64,000 nucleotides of DNA, taken from assembly GCA_963744145.1 (NCBI GenBank), contig CAVUSO010000001.1, forward strand, positions 512,001-576,000, in the 5' to 3' direction. The translations under genes were made by a program, and so were the position numbers. Position 1 is the stretch's first letter. Each line of letters starts with the position of its first letter. Source of the stretch: an uncultured cyanobacterium (GTDB lineage: Bacteria > Cyanobacteriota > Cyanobacteriia > Cyanobacteriales > CAWUOF01). Shown here in pieces: positions 1 to 10,961 of the stretch. Below the pieces are notes generated by a model. It ran no database searches. It had not been told where the DNA came from and saw only the letters and a program-made list of their open reading frames with translations.

Positions 1-476
1 TCAGCAGCAAATAAACTTTGATCTGGTTTTTGGGTAAAAAGTGATTCATAAGTAACTTCTGGATATTTAGCTTGGATATTTGCTAGAGCAGACTCCATTA
101 CCTTCGGACTTTTCAAAACCTGTAACTGAGTTTCATCATCTAATCCAGCAGTTTCTCGATTAAAATTTTCAGTTAATTTTTGTTCTAATCCAACTAACCC
201 TATCCCTGGTTCTTTCGATGATGCAATTAACAACTCAAATTTACCTTCATATTCTTTAACTTGCATTAAACTCCAAGCTAAAACTGTCACAGTAACTGCT
301 GTTGTTACCCCCATCATTAACCAAATTCTTCGTCCCACAGCACTCCAGAACTGACCCCGACTCGGTTCTGGTTCTGGTCGTGAAGGAGGTACAAACTTAT
401 AAACAGCAGGAAATCCCCTGGTTGGTTTGCTTTTATTTTTGAGCGATAATGGTTGAGCGTTTTTCGTAGTCTCCAT
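1..476 (-). CDS. GumC/Wzc-like polysaccharide chain-length determinant, N-terminal part (runs off the window edge)
   Basis: Manual translation from ATG at 476: METTKN...FWSAVGRRIWLMMGVTTAVTVTVLAWSL...EYEGKFELLI...DETQLQVLKSPKVM, which fits the Wzz/GumC N-terminal pattern. Confidence 0.75.
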   Translation of the reverse strand, partial: METTKNAQPLSLKNKSKPTRGFPAVYKFVPPSRPEPEPSRGQFWSAVGRRIWLMMGVTTAVTVTVLAWSLMQVKEYEGKFELLIASSKEPGIGLVGLEQKLTENFNRETAGLDDETQLQVLKSPKVMESALANIQAKYPEVTYESLFTQKPDQSLFAA

Positions 477-634
477 TGTTACCCCTATTTATTTTGAGTC
501 TACTTAGGTAGTAGTAAAAAATCAGCACCCCTGCACCATCCATACTGCTCTAATCTTACTCTTATAGATCAGCGATCGCCCATGTTAGAAATCAGAATTA
601 TACCAGATTCACCAAGCACTGCTACAGATCCAGA

Positions 635-718
635 TCCCCCTCGCATCCCCCTTAAAAAGGGGGACTTTAAGAAGTATTAATCCGGTTCCCCCCTTTTTAA
701 GGGGGGTTAGGGGGGATC
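635..718. repeat. Palindromic intergenic repeat (CCCCCTTAAAAAGGGGG...CCCCCTTTTTAAGGGGGG type)
   Basis: Two G/C-run hairpins within a larger inverted repeat; a common cyanobacterial dispersed repeat type. Confidence 0.7.
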
Positions 719-793
719 GAGCAACTGTAGCTAGAATAAATGAAATCAAAATTAAATATCATTCTGCCAAAAAGCGATCGCTAGGGAAAACAT

Positions 794-1312
794 TTAAACT
801 CGTGATTCAAGCGACTTGAGCAACTCTGTATTCACCCCAGATTCACGGGAAAGAGCAATTTTTCCAGTCCGAGCAATTTCGCGAATGCCAAATTTGAGTA
901 AAACTTGTACAATTGCGACCATTTTTCCGGGATCTCCGACCACTTCTAGAGTCAGAGATTCCTCAGCAATATCGACAATTCTGGCACGGAAAATTTGGGC
1001 AATTTCAATAATCTCCGATCTAGTCGAACTAGTCGCGTTTACCTTCGCTAACATTAACTCTCGTTCGACACAAGGAACCTCAGTAATATCTTGCACTTTG
1101 AGGACATTAATCAATTTATAAAGTTGCTTGGTCAATTGCTCGATAATGCGATCGTCTCCTGGTACTACCATAGTAATCCGGGAAATTCCCAACTGTTCGG
1201 CAGGTCCAACAGCCAAACTTTCGATATTAAATCCTCTTCGTGCAAATAAACCAGCAATCCGGGTTAATACCCCAGCTTCATCTTCTACTAAAACGGACAG
1301 AGTGTGTTTCAT
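794..1312 (-). CDS. ilvN: Acetolactate synthase small (regulatory) subunit
   Basis: [40 protein letters not shown]-domain signature; likely start is the ATG at 1312. Confidence 0.97.
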   Translation of the reverse strand: MKHTLSVLVEDEAGVLTRIAGLFARRGFNIESLAVGPAEQLGISRITMVVPGDDRIIEQLTKQLYKLINVLKVQDITEVPCVERELMLAKVNATSSTRSEIIEIAQIFRARIVDIAEESLTLEVVGDPGKMVAIVQVLLKFGIREIARTGKIALSRESGVNTELLKSLESRV

Positions 1313-1400
1313 AACCTTGCAAAATTCTGCGGTCAAAATATCTAGCGTTTATCCAGCATAATTTTTTTTTGTCCAACTTGTCCATGATTTCCAGATGATT

Positions 1401-2810
1401 TTAATCTGGGGGATGGAGAGACTGGTCTAAAATTGGTGCTGATGGGATCTGAAAAACTATTTTTAATAAAGGAGGTGCGAGAAAAGTTGTCAGAATTACC
1501 ATCATAATAATCGCTGCATTCAAGGAATCGGACAATACACCACTAGCAGTCCCAATTCCAGAAAACACTAAACCCACTTCACCCCGAGGAATCATCCCCA
1601 CACCGATCGCTAAACGATTGATCTCCGGTTGACCAAACACCGCTAACCCAGTTACTACTTTTCCCAAAATTGCTACTGTAATCAAAAAAGTTGCCATAAT
1701 TAGACCTTCACGATTACTAGGAATAAAAGGATTGAGAACCCCCAAATTAGTTTTCGCACCAACAGTCACAAAGAAAATTGGCACCATAATATCTGCGATC
1801 GGCATAATCTGCTTTTCTAGTTCTTTCCGCTTATCTGTTTCATCAAAAACTAACCCCGCAGCAAAAGCTCCTAAAATTGCTTCTAAGTGAATTGCTATCC
1901 CAATATAGGAAAGAACCAAAGCAAAAGTTAAAGCAGGAATGATCAATTGTCCTCTGGTTTGCAGTTGCTCAACTAGATTGATACTCCAACCAGTATTGAC
2001 AAATCGACCCACAAAAATTGCTCCCACTAAGAACACAGTGGAGCTAATAATCAGATACATGACATTTAAGACATCAACTTCACCAGTTTTTGCTAAACTA
2101 GCCACTACCGCTAAAACAATAATCCCTAAAACATCATCAATTACTGCTGCACCAACAATAATTTGACCTTCTTTAGTATTTAAACGTTGGAGTTCTGACA
2201 AGACTTTGGAGGTAATTCCAATACTAGTTGCAGTTAAAGCAGCTCCTGCAAAAATTGCTGGAATAGCGGGAACATGAAAGAATATCATTAATCCAGCAGT
2301 TCCAGCAGCAAAGGGAGTTACTACTCCGACTACTGCAACTACAGTAGACTGAATTCCCACTGCTAGTAATTCTTTTAAATTTGATTGTAGACCAATTTCA
2401 AATAACAACACAATCACACCCAATTCGGCTAAAATCCCAATTACTTCACTTTGGGTTGCAAATGTTGCTGTTAGTGATTCTGGATCTAATCCTGCGGTAA
2501 TTTGCAAGAAATTCATCATCACCGATCCACTACCATCTTCTGAAGCGATCGGAAAGACGAGTAGTTTTAAACCTGAGACTCCGACAATTACCCCTCCCAC
2601 TAATTCCCCTAAAACTGGTGGAAACCCCAGTCGATTGGACAATTCACCCCCAACCTTGCTCACGATATATATAATAACTAAGCTGAGGATTACCCCAGCT
2701 AAAACTAGGGGCCCGGTTGCTGGTACTATTGCTATTAGAGGTAGGGTTTGGGGAAACAATGCTGTTGGGATATTCGAGGTGATGGATGTCATCGGGTAAA
2801 TTAGATCCAT
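1401..2810 (-). CDS. Na+/H+ antiporter, CPA2 family (NhaS3/NapA-like)
   Basis: Highly hydrophobic; ATSIGIT, GAAVIDDVLG and GMIPRGEVGL motifs. Confidence 0.92.
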   Translation of the reverse strand: MDLIYPMTSITSNIPTALFPQTLPLIAIVPATGPLVLAGVILSLVIIYIVSKVGGELSNRLGFPPVLGELVGGVIVGVSGLKLLVFPIASEDGSGSVMMNFLQITAGLDPESLTATFATQSEVIGILAELGVIVLLFEIGLQSNLKELLAVGIQSTVVAVVGVVTPFAAGTAGLMIFFHVPAIPAIFAGAALTATSIGITSKVLSELQRLNTKEGQIIVGAAVIDDVLGIIVLAVVASLAKTGEVDVLNVMYLIISSTVFLVGAIFVGRFVNTGWSINLVEQLQTRGQLIIPALTFALVLSYIGIAIHLEAILGAFAAGLVFDETDKRKELEKQIMPIADIMVPIFFVTVGAKTNLGVLNPFIPSNREGLIMATFLITVAILGKVVTGLAVFGQPEINRLAIGVGMIPRGEVGLVFSGIGTASGVLSDSLNAAIIMMVILTTFLAPPLLKIVFQIPSAPILDQSLHPPD

Positions 2811-2891
2811 TATAGGGTATGGAGAGGATATTTCATCCTATAGGGAAAGTGTAAAAATTATAACAGTAATTAGGTCAAACAATCTAAAAAT

Positions 2892-5800
2892 ATGATTAAA
2901 CTATATGGTTATCAAGTTTTAGGTCAAATCTATGAAAGTACCAACTCAGAAGTATATCGTGCTATTCGTCAGAGCGATCGCCAAAAGGTAATTCTGAAAT
3001 TTCTCAAGCAAGATTATCCTACACCAGCTGAACTTACGCGCTATAAGCAAGAATATGAACTAACTCGCACCCTGAACTTCGACAGTGTGGTGAAAGTATA
3101 TGGGTTAGAAAAATATGAAAATACCTTAGTAATGTTTGCTGAAGATTTTGGAGGTGAGTCTTTAAAAAAATTGAGGGAACATCATCAGTTTAGTTTAGGA
3201 GAATTTCTCGCGATCGCCATAAAAATTGCGACTAGCTTGGGTCAAATTCACGCGGCTAATATTATTCATAAAGATATTAATCCATCGAATCTAGTTTATC
3301 ATCCAGAAACCCAACAATTAAAAATTATAGATTTTGGGATTTCGACTCGTTTAACGAGAGAGAACCCGACCCTAAAAAACCCTAACGTCTTAGAAGGAAC
3401 TTTAGCCTATATTTCCCCGGAACAAACCGGACGAATGAACCGGAGTTTAGATTATCGCACAGATTTTTATTCCTTGGGGGTAACTTTTTATGAAATGTTA
3501 ACCGGACAACTACCGTTTACCACTGAGGATGATTTAGAATTAGTCCATTGTCATATTGCCAAACAACCTTTATTACCATCAGAAATTAGTCCATCACTCC
3601 CTATTGCAGTTACCAATATTGTGATGAAATTAATGGCAAAAAATGCCGAAGATCGCTATCAAAGTGCTTGGGGATTAATCGCGGATTTAGAAAATTGTTT
3701 GAGTCAATTACACTCAACCGGAAATATCACCAATTTTCCCCTGGGTAGTCAGGATATTTCTGATCAATTTCAGATTCCCCAAAAACTATATGGACGGGAG
3801 ACAGAAATTGAAACATTAACTAGTGCTTTTATGCGTGTAGCATCTTCAGATCGCAAGGGAGCGAGTAGAGAAGATCGGAGTGCTGAACTAACGCTAATCG
3901 CGGGATATTCGGGGATTGGTAAATCTGCACTTGTCCAAGAAATTTATAAACCGATTACAGAAAAACGGGGCTATTTTATTGCAGGTAAATTTGACCAATT
4001 TCAACGCAATATTCCTTACAGTGCGATCGTCAATGCTTTTCAACAATTAGTCAAACAAATATTAACTGAAAATTCTGCCCAATTACAAGCATGGTGCCAA
4101 AAATTTTTAGATGGATTAGGAGTTAATGGGCAAATCATTATTGAGATCATTCCAGAAATAGAATTAATTATTGGTAAACAACCACCTGTACCCGAATTAG
4201 GTCCAACAGAATCCCAACATCGGTTTAATTTGGTTTTCCAAAATTTTCTCCGGACTTGTTGTGCGAAAAACCATCCATTAGTAATATTTCTGGATGATTT
4301 ACAATGGGCAGATGGGGCAACACTGAAATTAATTGAACTAATGATGACCGATCCAAACTTGCACTATCTATTTCTAATTGGTGCTTACCGAGATAATGAA
4401 GTTAGTAGCGGTCATCCTCTAATTATGATGTTGGATGAATTAAGAAAAAATCAGGTAAAAATTAATAAAATTACTTTAGATAACTTGGGACTAGAAGATA
4501 TTAATAGACTGGTGGCTGATACTTTAAAAAGCGATGAAAGCAGCGTTAAGCCATTAGCTGAATTAGTCTTAAATAAAACTGGAGGAAATCCTTTTTTTAT
4601 CAACCAATTTTTGAAATTACTATATACAGAGGACTTAATCAAATTTAGTTACGATGAGCAAAAATGGCAATGGGAACAAACACAGATAGAAGCGCGAAAT
4701 ATCACAGATAATGTGGTTGAGTTAATGATTGGAAAATTAAAAAAATTACCGACCAGCACTCAGTCACTTTTACAATTAGCGGCTTGTGTAGGAGCTAATT
4801 TTGACTTACATACTTTATCAATTATTGGTCGAAAAACGCCAGCAGAATTTTTTCCTGATTTAATGATCGCTATTGAATCAGGATTACTTTTACCTTTATC
4901 AGAATTAGATCAAGAACTTTTAATTCAAAATTATCAATTTCTTCACGATCGCGTCCAACAAGCAGCCTATTCCCTCATTCCTCCAGAGCAAAAACAAGCT
5001 ATCCATCTCCAAATTGGACAATTACTTCAACAAAATTCTACTGAGATGGAAAGAGAGGAAAAACTCTTCGATATCGTAGGACATTTGAATCTAGGACAAG
5101 AGTTAATTGTTCAACCCCAAGAACGAGAAACCTTAGCTCAACTTAATTTAAAAGCCGGAATTAAAGCGAGAAATGCTACCGCTTATGCTGGAGCAAAGCT
5201 CTATTTGCAAACAGGAATTGATTTACTAACAAACAACTGCTGGGAAGAGCAATATGAATTGACACTAAATCTCTATATTGTTGCAGCTGAATCTGCCTAT
5301 TTGAATGGCGATCCTGAAGGAATGGAACAAATGGCAACACAGGTATTGGAGAGAGCTAAGACTATTTTAGACAAAGTAAAAATTTACAAAATTAAAATAG
5401 CCGATCAAACAGCTAAAGGGAATCCTTTAGTAGCAATTGCTGTAGCTAGAGAAGCACTCGGACAATTAGGGATTAATCTACCGATGGAGCCTGATGAAGC
5501 CATGATTAACACAGGATTAGAAACTGTTAATATTCAACTTCAAGGTAGAGGGATAGAACTGGTGGATTTGCCAGTTATGACCGATATTAAGACAGAATCA
5601 ACTATGCAATTGTTAGGGATGTTAATTCCAGCTAGCGTCCAGGGAATGCCAAGTTTATTGCCCATACTTGGTGCTACGATGGTGAGTTTATCCCTGGAGT
5701 TTGGGAATACCTCTGCATCATCTGTCGGGTATGTACTTTATGGGATGGTAAACTGCGCTGTTTTACGAGATATAGACAGGGGTTATGAGTTTGGTAAATT

Positions 5801-8156
5801 AGCAATTAATGTACTGGATCGGTTTAATGCAATGGAATTCAAATCGATCATTATGGTATTATTTGGATGCTTTATTCAACATCGCCGAGAACCACTGAGA
5901 GCTGCAATTAAAACCCTCAAAGATGGCTATAATGCTGGTGGAGAAACTGGTGAGGCTTTATATGCAGGCTATAGTATCGAACACTACAGTTACGCCTGTT
6001 TTTTTAGTGGAGTAGAATTGGGTAGTTTGGGGACTGAACTATCCGCTTACAGTGATGCTTTGTTGAAATTGAAACAAGATTCAGCTCGAAATTATTTGGA
6101 TTTAATTCGACAGACAGTAGAGAATTTCCAGACATTTATAGACCAACCAGATTGTTTGAAAGGAAGTGCCTATGATGAAACGGTAATGCTCCCCAAACTC
6201 CTCCAGGGTAATGATTTGGTTGTGATTGTTTATGTCTATATATACAAAATGTTGCTGGCTTACTCATGGGGGAATTATACCTCTGCTTTAGAGCATATTT
6301 TTGAAATCAAACGATATATATATTCGATGACATTAGGAAGTGTTTTTATTCCGATTTTCCATTTTTATACTGCCCTGACAGAATTAGCAATTTTGTCTGA
6401 TTCATCAGAGCAATCTAATATTATTGCCCGGGTAGAAACCCATCAAGATGCCATAAATTCGTGGATGCAAAATTATCCCATCAATCATCAGCATAAATGG
6501 CATTTAGTTGAAGCTGAAAAGTATCGCGTTTTGGGCAATAAAGCCGAAGCGATTGAACATTACGATCGCGCCATATATCTAGCTAAAGAAAATCAATTCA
6601 TCCAAGAAGAAGCTCTCGCTAATGAATTAGCTGCTAAATTTTACTTAACCTGGGGAAAGGGAAAAATTGCCCAAAATTATCTCCAGGAATCCCACTATGC
6701 TTATACTTGCTGGGGTGCGATCGCTAAGGTGAAAGATTTAGAGCAAAAATATCCCCAATTAATCTTAACAACTCCTCGGATTAAAGGAACGAAAACTACC
6801 CGTACCTCTACCGGACGTGATGCTAGCACAACTTTAGATTTAGCTACAGTAATGAAAGCTAATCAAGCGATTTCTGGAGAAATTGTCTTAGATAAATTAC
6901 TGGTTTCTTTGATGAAGATTATGCTGGAAAATGCGGGAGCCCAAATCGGTTATCTGATTTTAAACAATCAAGGTAAATTAGTAATTGAAGCGTCCGGTGC
7001 GATCGGTGCTGATCAAGTAAAGGTATTACAGTCTATTCCCGTTGATAACTTTCAGTTACTGTCCCATCCGATTGTTAATTATGTACTCAGAACTAAAGAA
7101 AGTGTGGTATTAAATCATGCTACAAAAGAAGGTAACTTTACTAATGATTCTTATATTAAACAGCATCAACCTAAGTCAATTCTCTGTGTACCGTTAGTTA
7201 ATCAAAGTCAACTAATTAGTATTATTTATCTAGAAAATAATTTAACTACAGGTGCTTTTACGACAGAACGAGTGGAAATTTTAAACCTGTTATCATCCCA
7301 AGCTGCTATTTCGATCGAAAATGCCAAACTCTACCATAACATGATCGCTTTAAATCACGCTTACGAGCGGTTTGTACCTCGTCAATTTCTGCAATTTTTA
7401 GAAAAATCGAGCATTACTGATGTGCAATTAGGTGATCAAGTCCAATTAGAAATGTCGGTACTATTTTCTGATATCCGTGGTTTTACTACACTGTCAGAAA
7501 AAATGACCCCAGCGGAAAATTTCAAGTTTATCAACTCCTATCTATCTGAAATGGAATCAGCAATTATTGAAAATAATGGCTTTATTGACAAATATATTGG
7601 TGATGCAATAATGGCGTTATTTAGTGGGGAAGCGGATCAGGCGATCAAAGCGGGCATCGCTATGTTACAACGCTTGAGAGTATATAATCAACATCGAGCT
7701 AATTCTGGTGATGTACCGATCGGGATTGGAATCGGTATCAATACAGGTTCATTAATGTTAGGTACTGTCGGTGGACAAAATCGGATGGATACCACAGTTA
7801 TTAGTGATGCGGTAAATTTAGCTTCACGGGTAGAAACTTTGACGAAAAATTATGGGGTATCTCTGTTAATCACCCACCAGACTTATGTCAGATTAAGCGA
7901 TCCATCTAATTATGCTATTCGTGCGATTGATACAGTTCAAGTTAAGGGTAAATCAGAATTAGTGACGGTTTATGAAGTATTTGATGGAGATTTACCAGAA
8001 ATTAAAGCTGGAAAATTAGCAACTCTACCAATATTTATGGAAGCTTTATCACTTTATCAAGCAGGTAAATTAGCTGAAGCAGGTGCATTATTTGCGGATT
8101 GTTTACATCAAAATCCAGGCGATCGCGTCGCCCAGTTTTATAGCCAGCAACTTTAG
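2892..8156 (+). CDS. Multidomain Ser/Thr kinase - AAA/P-loop ATPase - GAF - class III adenylate cyclase
   Basis: HKDINPSN/DFG kinase motifs, GYSGIGKS Walker A, FLDDLQW Walker B, a GAF domain, then FSDIRGFT, IDKYIGDAIMA and DAVNLASRVE cyclase motifs. Confidence 0.92.
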   Translation: MIKLYGYQVLGQIYESTNSEVYRAIRQSDRQKVILKFLKQDYPTPAELTRYKQEYELTRTLNFDSVVKVYGLEKYENTLVMFAEDFGGESLKKLREHHQFSLGEFLAIAIKIATSLGQIHAANIIHKDINPSNLVYHPETQQLKIIDFGISTRLTRENPTLKNPNVLEGTLAYISPEQTGRMNRSLDYRTDFYSLGVTFYEMLTGQLPFTTEDDLELVHCHIAKQPLLPSEISPSLPIAVTNIVMKLMAKNAEDRYQSAWGLIADLENCLSQLHSTGNITNFPLGSQDISDQFQIPQKLYGRETEIETLTSAFMRVASSDRKGASREDRSAELTLIAGYSGIGKSALVQEIYKPITEKRGYFIAGKFDQFQRNIPYSAIVNAFQQLVKQILTENSAQLQAWCQKFLDGLGVNGQIIIEIIPEIELIIGKQPPVPELGPTESQHRFNLVFQNFLRTCCAKNHPLVIFLDDLQWADGATLKLIELMMTDPNLHYLFLIGAYRDNEVSSGHPLIMMLDELRKNQVKINKITLDNLGLEDINRLVADTLKSDESSVKPLAELVLNKTGGNPFFINQFLKLLYTEDLIKFSYDEQKWQWEQTQIEARNITDNVVELMIGKLKKLPTSTQSLLQLAACVGANFDLHTLSIIGRKTPAEFFPDLMIAIESGLLLPLSELDQELLIQNYQFLHDRVQQAAYSLIPPEQKQAIHLQIGQLLQQNSTEMEREEKLFDIVGHLNLGQELIVQPQERETLAQLNLKAGIKARNATAYAGAKLYLQTGIDLLTNNCWEEQYELTLNLYIVAAESAYLNGDPEGMEQMATQVLERAKTILDKVKIYKIKIADQTAKGNPLVAIAVAREALGQLGINLPMEPDEAMINTGLETVNIQLQGRGIELVDLPVMTDIKTESTMQLLGMLIPASVQGMPSLLPILGATMVSLSLEFGNTSASSVGYVLYGMVNCAVLRDIDRGYEFGKLAINVLDRFNAMEFKSIIMVLFGCFIQHRREPLRAAIKTLKDGYNAGGETGEALYAGYSIEHYSYACFFSGVELGSLGTELSAYSDALLKLKQDSARNYLDLIRQTVENFQTFIDQPDCLKGSAYDETVMLPKLLQGNDLVVIVYVYIYKMLLAYSWGNYTSALEHIFEIKRYIYSMTLGSVFIPIFHFYTALTELAILSDSSEQSNIIARVETHQDAINSWMQNYPINHQHKWHLVEAEKYRVLGNKAEAIEHYDRAIYLAKENQFIQEEALANELAAKFYLTWGKGKIAQNYLQESHYAYTCWGAIAKVKDLEQKYPQLILTTPRIKGTKTTRTSTGRDASTTLDLATVMKANQAISGEIVLDKLLVSLMKIMLENAGAQIGYLILNNQGKLVIEASGAIGADQVKVLQSIPVDNFQLLSHPIVNYVLRTKESVVLNHATKEGNFTNDSYIKQHQPKSILCVPLVNQSQLISIIYLENNLTTGAFTTERVEILNLLSSQAAISIENAKLYHNMIALNHAYERFVPRQFLQFLEKSSITDVQLGDQVQLEMSVLFSDIRGFTTLSEKMTPAENFKFINSYLSEMESAIIENNGFIDKYIGDAIMALFSGEADQAIKAGIAMLQRLRVYNQHRANSGDVPIGIGIGINTGSLMLGTVGGQNRMDTTVISDAVNLASRVETLTKNYGVSLLITHQTYVRLSDPSNYAIRAIDTVQVKGKSELVTVYEVFDGDLPEIKAGKLATLPIFMEALSLYQAGKLAEAGALFADCLHQNPGDRVAQFYSQQL

Positions 8157-8166
8157 CTGGCTGAAA

Positions 8167-8190
8167 GGGCGTATTGCTATACGCCCCTAC
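8167..8190. repeat. REP-like hairpin (GGGCGTA-loop-TACGCCCCTAC)
   Basis: Palindrome with a GTAG end on the minus strand; related copies at about 36683-36707 and 43239-43259; lies between convergent genes. Confidence 0.6.
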
Positions 8191-8259
8191 TTGGTGGAAC
8201 CTTTGCTCATAGAGGGATGTAGAACTTAGCGGGAAAAGTCACACTCTATATGTACCGTT

Positions 8260-8688
8260 TTAATTGGATGATTCAGAGGAAGTATTAGGATGTTGTTGAT
8301 ACCAATTAGACCGTTCTGTATCAAGTTGTTCCTTTTGTGCGGGTGTTAAAATTGCATCGATTTGGCTTCTCTCGTTTTCACGAATTGATCTGAGTTGACC
8401 TTTTTGGAAATCACTTAGATTTAGGTTAGGCTTTGATGGTCTAGCAATCTCAAACTGTTTTTTCTGATCATCGTTCAGAATCGTAAATGCTTGTTGATGG
8501 CTATATTGACGAATTTTTTCAATTTGACCTGTTTGAGAATCAGTCAAATCTAATTCTTGAAATTCATTTTTCCGCTCTGCTGTAGGAATTGGGTCTGCGC
8601 TAGCAGAATTAAAATAAAATACTATTGGAGAGATCACAACAGTTGCAGCAATTAGACCCGATAATAGAAAAGAAGCTTTAAGTTTCAT
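8260..8688 (-). CDS. Spy/CpxP-like (LTxxQ motif) exported protein
   Basis: Signal peptide; repeated LTDSQ, LNDDQ, LSDFQ and LTPAQ motifs. Confidence 0.75.
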   Translation of the reverse strand: MKLKASFLLSGLIAATVVISPIVFYFNSASADPIPTAERKNEFQELDLTDSQTGQIEKIRQYSHQQAFTILNDDQKKQFEIARPSKPNLNLSDFQKGQLRSIRENERSQIDAILTPAQKEQLDTERSNWYQQHPNTSSESSN

Positions 8689-8811
8689 GGTTGAGAATCT
8701 CGCTTATTGTTTATGGGTACAGGTAACAACAATTATTTGTTGCATTAATTTAGACGGGGGAAATAGAAAGAGTCATTGAGAATTATGAAGCTGATATTAA
8801 TGCTTCTTACT

Positions 8812-9249
8812 TTATAAGCAAAATCCAAGCACTATAAGATTTTGACATTGTGGTTTTGGCTGCCATTGCGGCTGTTGCCATTGCTGCTGTTCCCATCGTT
8901 GTTGTTCCCATTGATGTTGTGCTTGATCTTGACGTTGTTGAGCTTGACGTTGTTGCTCTTGATCTTGACGTTGTTGAGCTTGACGTTGTTGCTCTTGATC
9001 TTGACGTTGTTGAGCTTGACGTTGTTGAGCTTGTGCTTGACGTTGTTGAGCTTGACGTTGTTGAGCTTGACGTTGTTGCTCTTGTGCTTGACGTTGTTGC
9101 TCTTGCTGGTAATCGTAACTATTATTTGGATAATTGTTATTCCGATAATCGTTATTTTGAGCATAGCTATCGGCAAAAACAGGAGTCCCCATGCTATTTA
9201 ACAGCAAACTAGCGACACCTAATAAAACTAGAGATTTATTGAACCGCAT
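8812..9249 (-). CDS. Secreted Gln-rich tandem-repeat protein
   Basis: ATG with an AAGGA RBS upstream; Sec-type signal peptide ending PVFA-D; (QQRQA/QQRQDQE)n repeats. Confidence 0.7.
   Translation of the reverse strand: MRFNKSLVLLGVASLLLNSMGTPVFADSYAQNNDYRNNNYPNNSYDYQQEQQRQAQEQQRQAQQRQAQQRQAQAQQRQAQQRQDQEQQRQAQQRQDQEQQRQAQQRQDQAQHQWEQQRWEQQQWQQPQWQPKPQCQNLIVLGFCL
8922..9106 (-). repeat. Coding tandem repeat of 15/21-nt units (CAACAACGTCAAGCT core)
   Basis: Repeated TTGACGTTGTTG blocks on the + strand. Confidence 0.9.
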
Positions 9250-9588
9250 ATCTTTTATTTCCTTTTGTTATTAAAGATTGATTATGGTTTTTAATCAATA
9301 CTTATATTATAACTATTAAAATCTTGGGAAAACCCATTATAAAGTAATTAATTAATCATAAAAAGTCATATTTTTATTATTATTGATGCAATACATTGTC
9401 CATAAAGCAAGCAATCGTACATCATCACCATTGATGGATCATAAGTAAATATTTAATGAAGTTGTGGTGAATATGCTCGCGATCGCTCCCAAGTAAAGGG
9501 AAAATATTCTTGAAATTAATTAGCATAAATCGGCATCATAGTTTATAATAACCCAGAACTTGATTGCAAATAAAAAACATTTTCATTT

Positions 9589-10866
9589 ATGCTCGACCTT
9601 AAGCTGATCCGGGAAAATCCTCAAGTAGTTCAAGCAAGTCTAAAAACTCGTGGTGAATATGACATCCAACCCATCTTACAACTTGACCAACAACAACGGG
9701 AAATTGAAACAACCCGATCGCAACTTCAAGCTAGATCCAACGAAATCGGTAAATTAGTTGGGCAAAAAATGAAATCTGGGTCTAAAGCTGATGATCCAGA
9801 AATTCAAGCATTAAAAGATGAAGGAAATCAACTCAAACTCCAACTCAGTCAATTAGAACCCCAGGAAAAAGAGCTAAAAACTCAAATTGAAACCAATCTC
9901 TTAACTATCCCCAATTTACCGAGTGAATCAACTCCGATCGGCAAAAATGAAGAGGAAAATATCGAAATTCGTCGTTGGGGAGACGAATATTTACCCCAAA
10001 ATCCGCAAATTATTCCTCATTGGGAAATTGGTGAAAAACTGGGGATACTTAATTTTGAGCGATCGGTTAAAGTTGCTCAAAGTCGTTTTGTTACCCTGAT
10101 CGGAGCAGGTGCAGCATTAGAAAGAGCCTTAATTAGCTTTATGCTCGATCGGCATATTAAAATTGGCTATACAGAAATCATCCCACCAATTTTAATTAAC
10201 ACCGAATCCATGACCGCAACTGGTCAATTACCCAAATTTGCGGAGGAAAGTTTTAAATGTGCTGATGACGATCTCTGGTTAGCACCCACAGCAGAAGTTC
10301 CCGTTACCAATTTATATCGAAATGAAATTCTCACCGCTGAACAATTACCCATTTATCATTGTGCTTATACTCCCTGTTTTCGTCGAGAAGCGGGTAGTTA
10401 TGGACGCGATACTAGAGGACTGATTCGCTTACATCAATTTAATAAAGTTGAATTGGTCAAATTTGTTCATCCTAGCACCTCTGGGGAAGAACATCAAACC
10501 CTGACCGCAAACGCTGAAGCAATTTTACAGGAATTAAAATTGCCTTACCGAGTGATCGAGTTATGTACTGGAGATTTAGGTTTTTCCGCCAGTAAAACTT
10601 ATGATTTAGAAGTATGGCTTCCTAGTAGTGGTAAATATCGGGAAATTTCTAGTTGTTCTAATTTTGGCGATTTTCAAGCCAGACGTGGTAATATTCGGTT
10701 TAAAGAAACAGGTAAGAAAGGGACTCTGTTTGTTCATACCCTCAATGGTTCTGGGTTAGCAGTGGGTCGTACTATGTCAGCAATTTTGGAAAATTATCAA
10801 CAATTGGATGGGACAATAAAGATTCCCGAAGTATTGCAACCCTATTTGGGTCGGACTTATTTGTAG
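9589..10866 (+). CDS. serS: Seryl-tRNA synthetase
   Basis: [27 protein letters not shown] and [12 protein letters not shown] motifs. Confidence 0.98.
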   Translation: MLDLKLIRENPQVVQASLKTRGEYDIQPILQLDQQQREIETTRSQLQARSNEIGKLVGQKMKSGSKADDPEIQALKDEGNQLKLQLSQLEPQEKELKTQIETNLLTIPNLPSESTPIGKNEEENIEIRRWGDEYLPQNPQIIPHWEIGEKLGILNFERSVKVAQSRFVTLIGAGAALERALISFMLDRHIKIGYTEIIPPILINTESMTATGQLPKFAEESFKCADDDLWLAPTAEVPVTNLYRNEILTAEQLPIYHCAYTPCFRREAGSYGRDTRGLIRLHQFNKVELVKFVHPSTSGEEHQTLTANAEAILQELKLPYRVIELCTGDLGFSASKTYDLEVWLPSSGKYREISSCSNFGDFQARRGNIRFKETGKKGTLFVHTLNGSGLAVGRTMSAILENYQQLDGTIKIPEVLQPYLGRTYL

Positions 10867-10961
10867 GAAGCCACAGGAAAGATTAAAATTAGGTAAAAAT
10901 AGTGAAAAGCTCCTTTGCTTTCCCTGTTAATTTTTGACTACGGACTTCAGGAATTTTTTCT

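Noticed and set aside
8832..9212. Three alternative-frame ORFs over the Gln-rich gene
   Set aside because: Open only because the tandem repeat lacks stops in those frames; only 8812-9249 has an RBS and signal peptide
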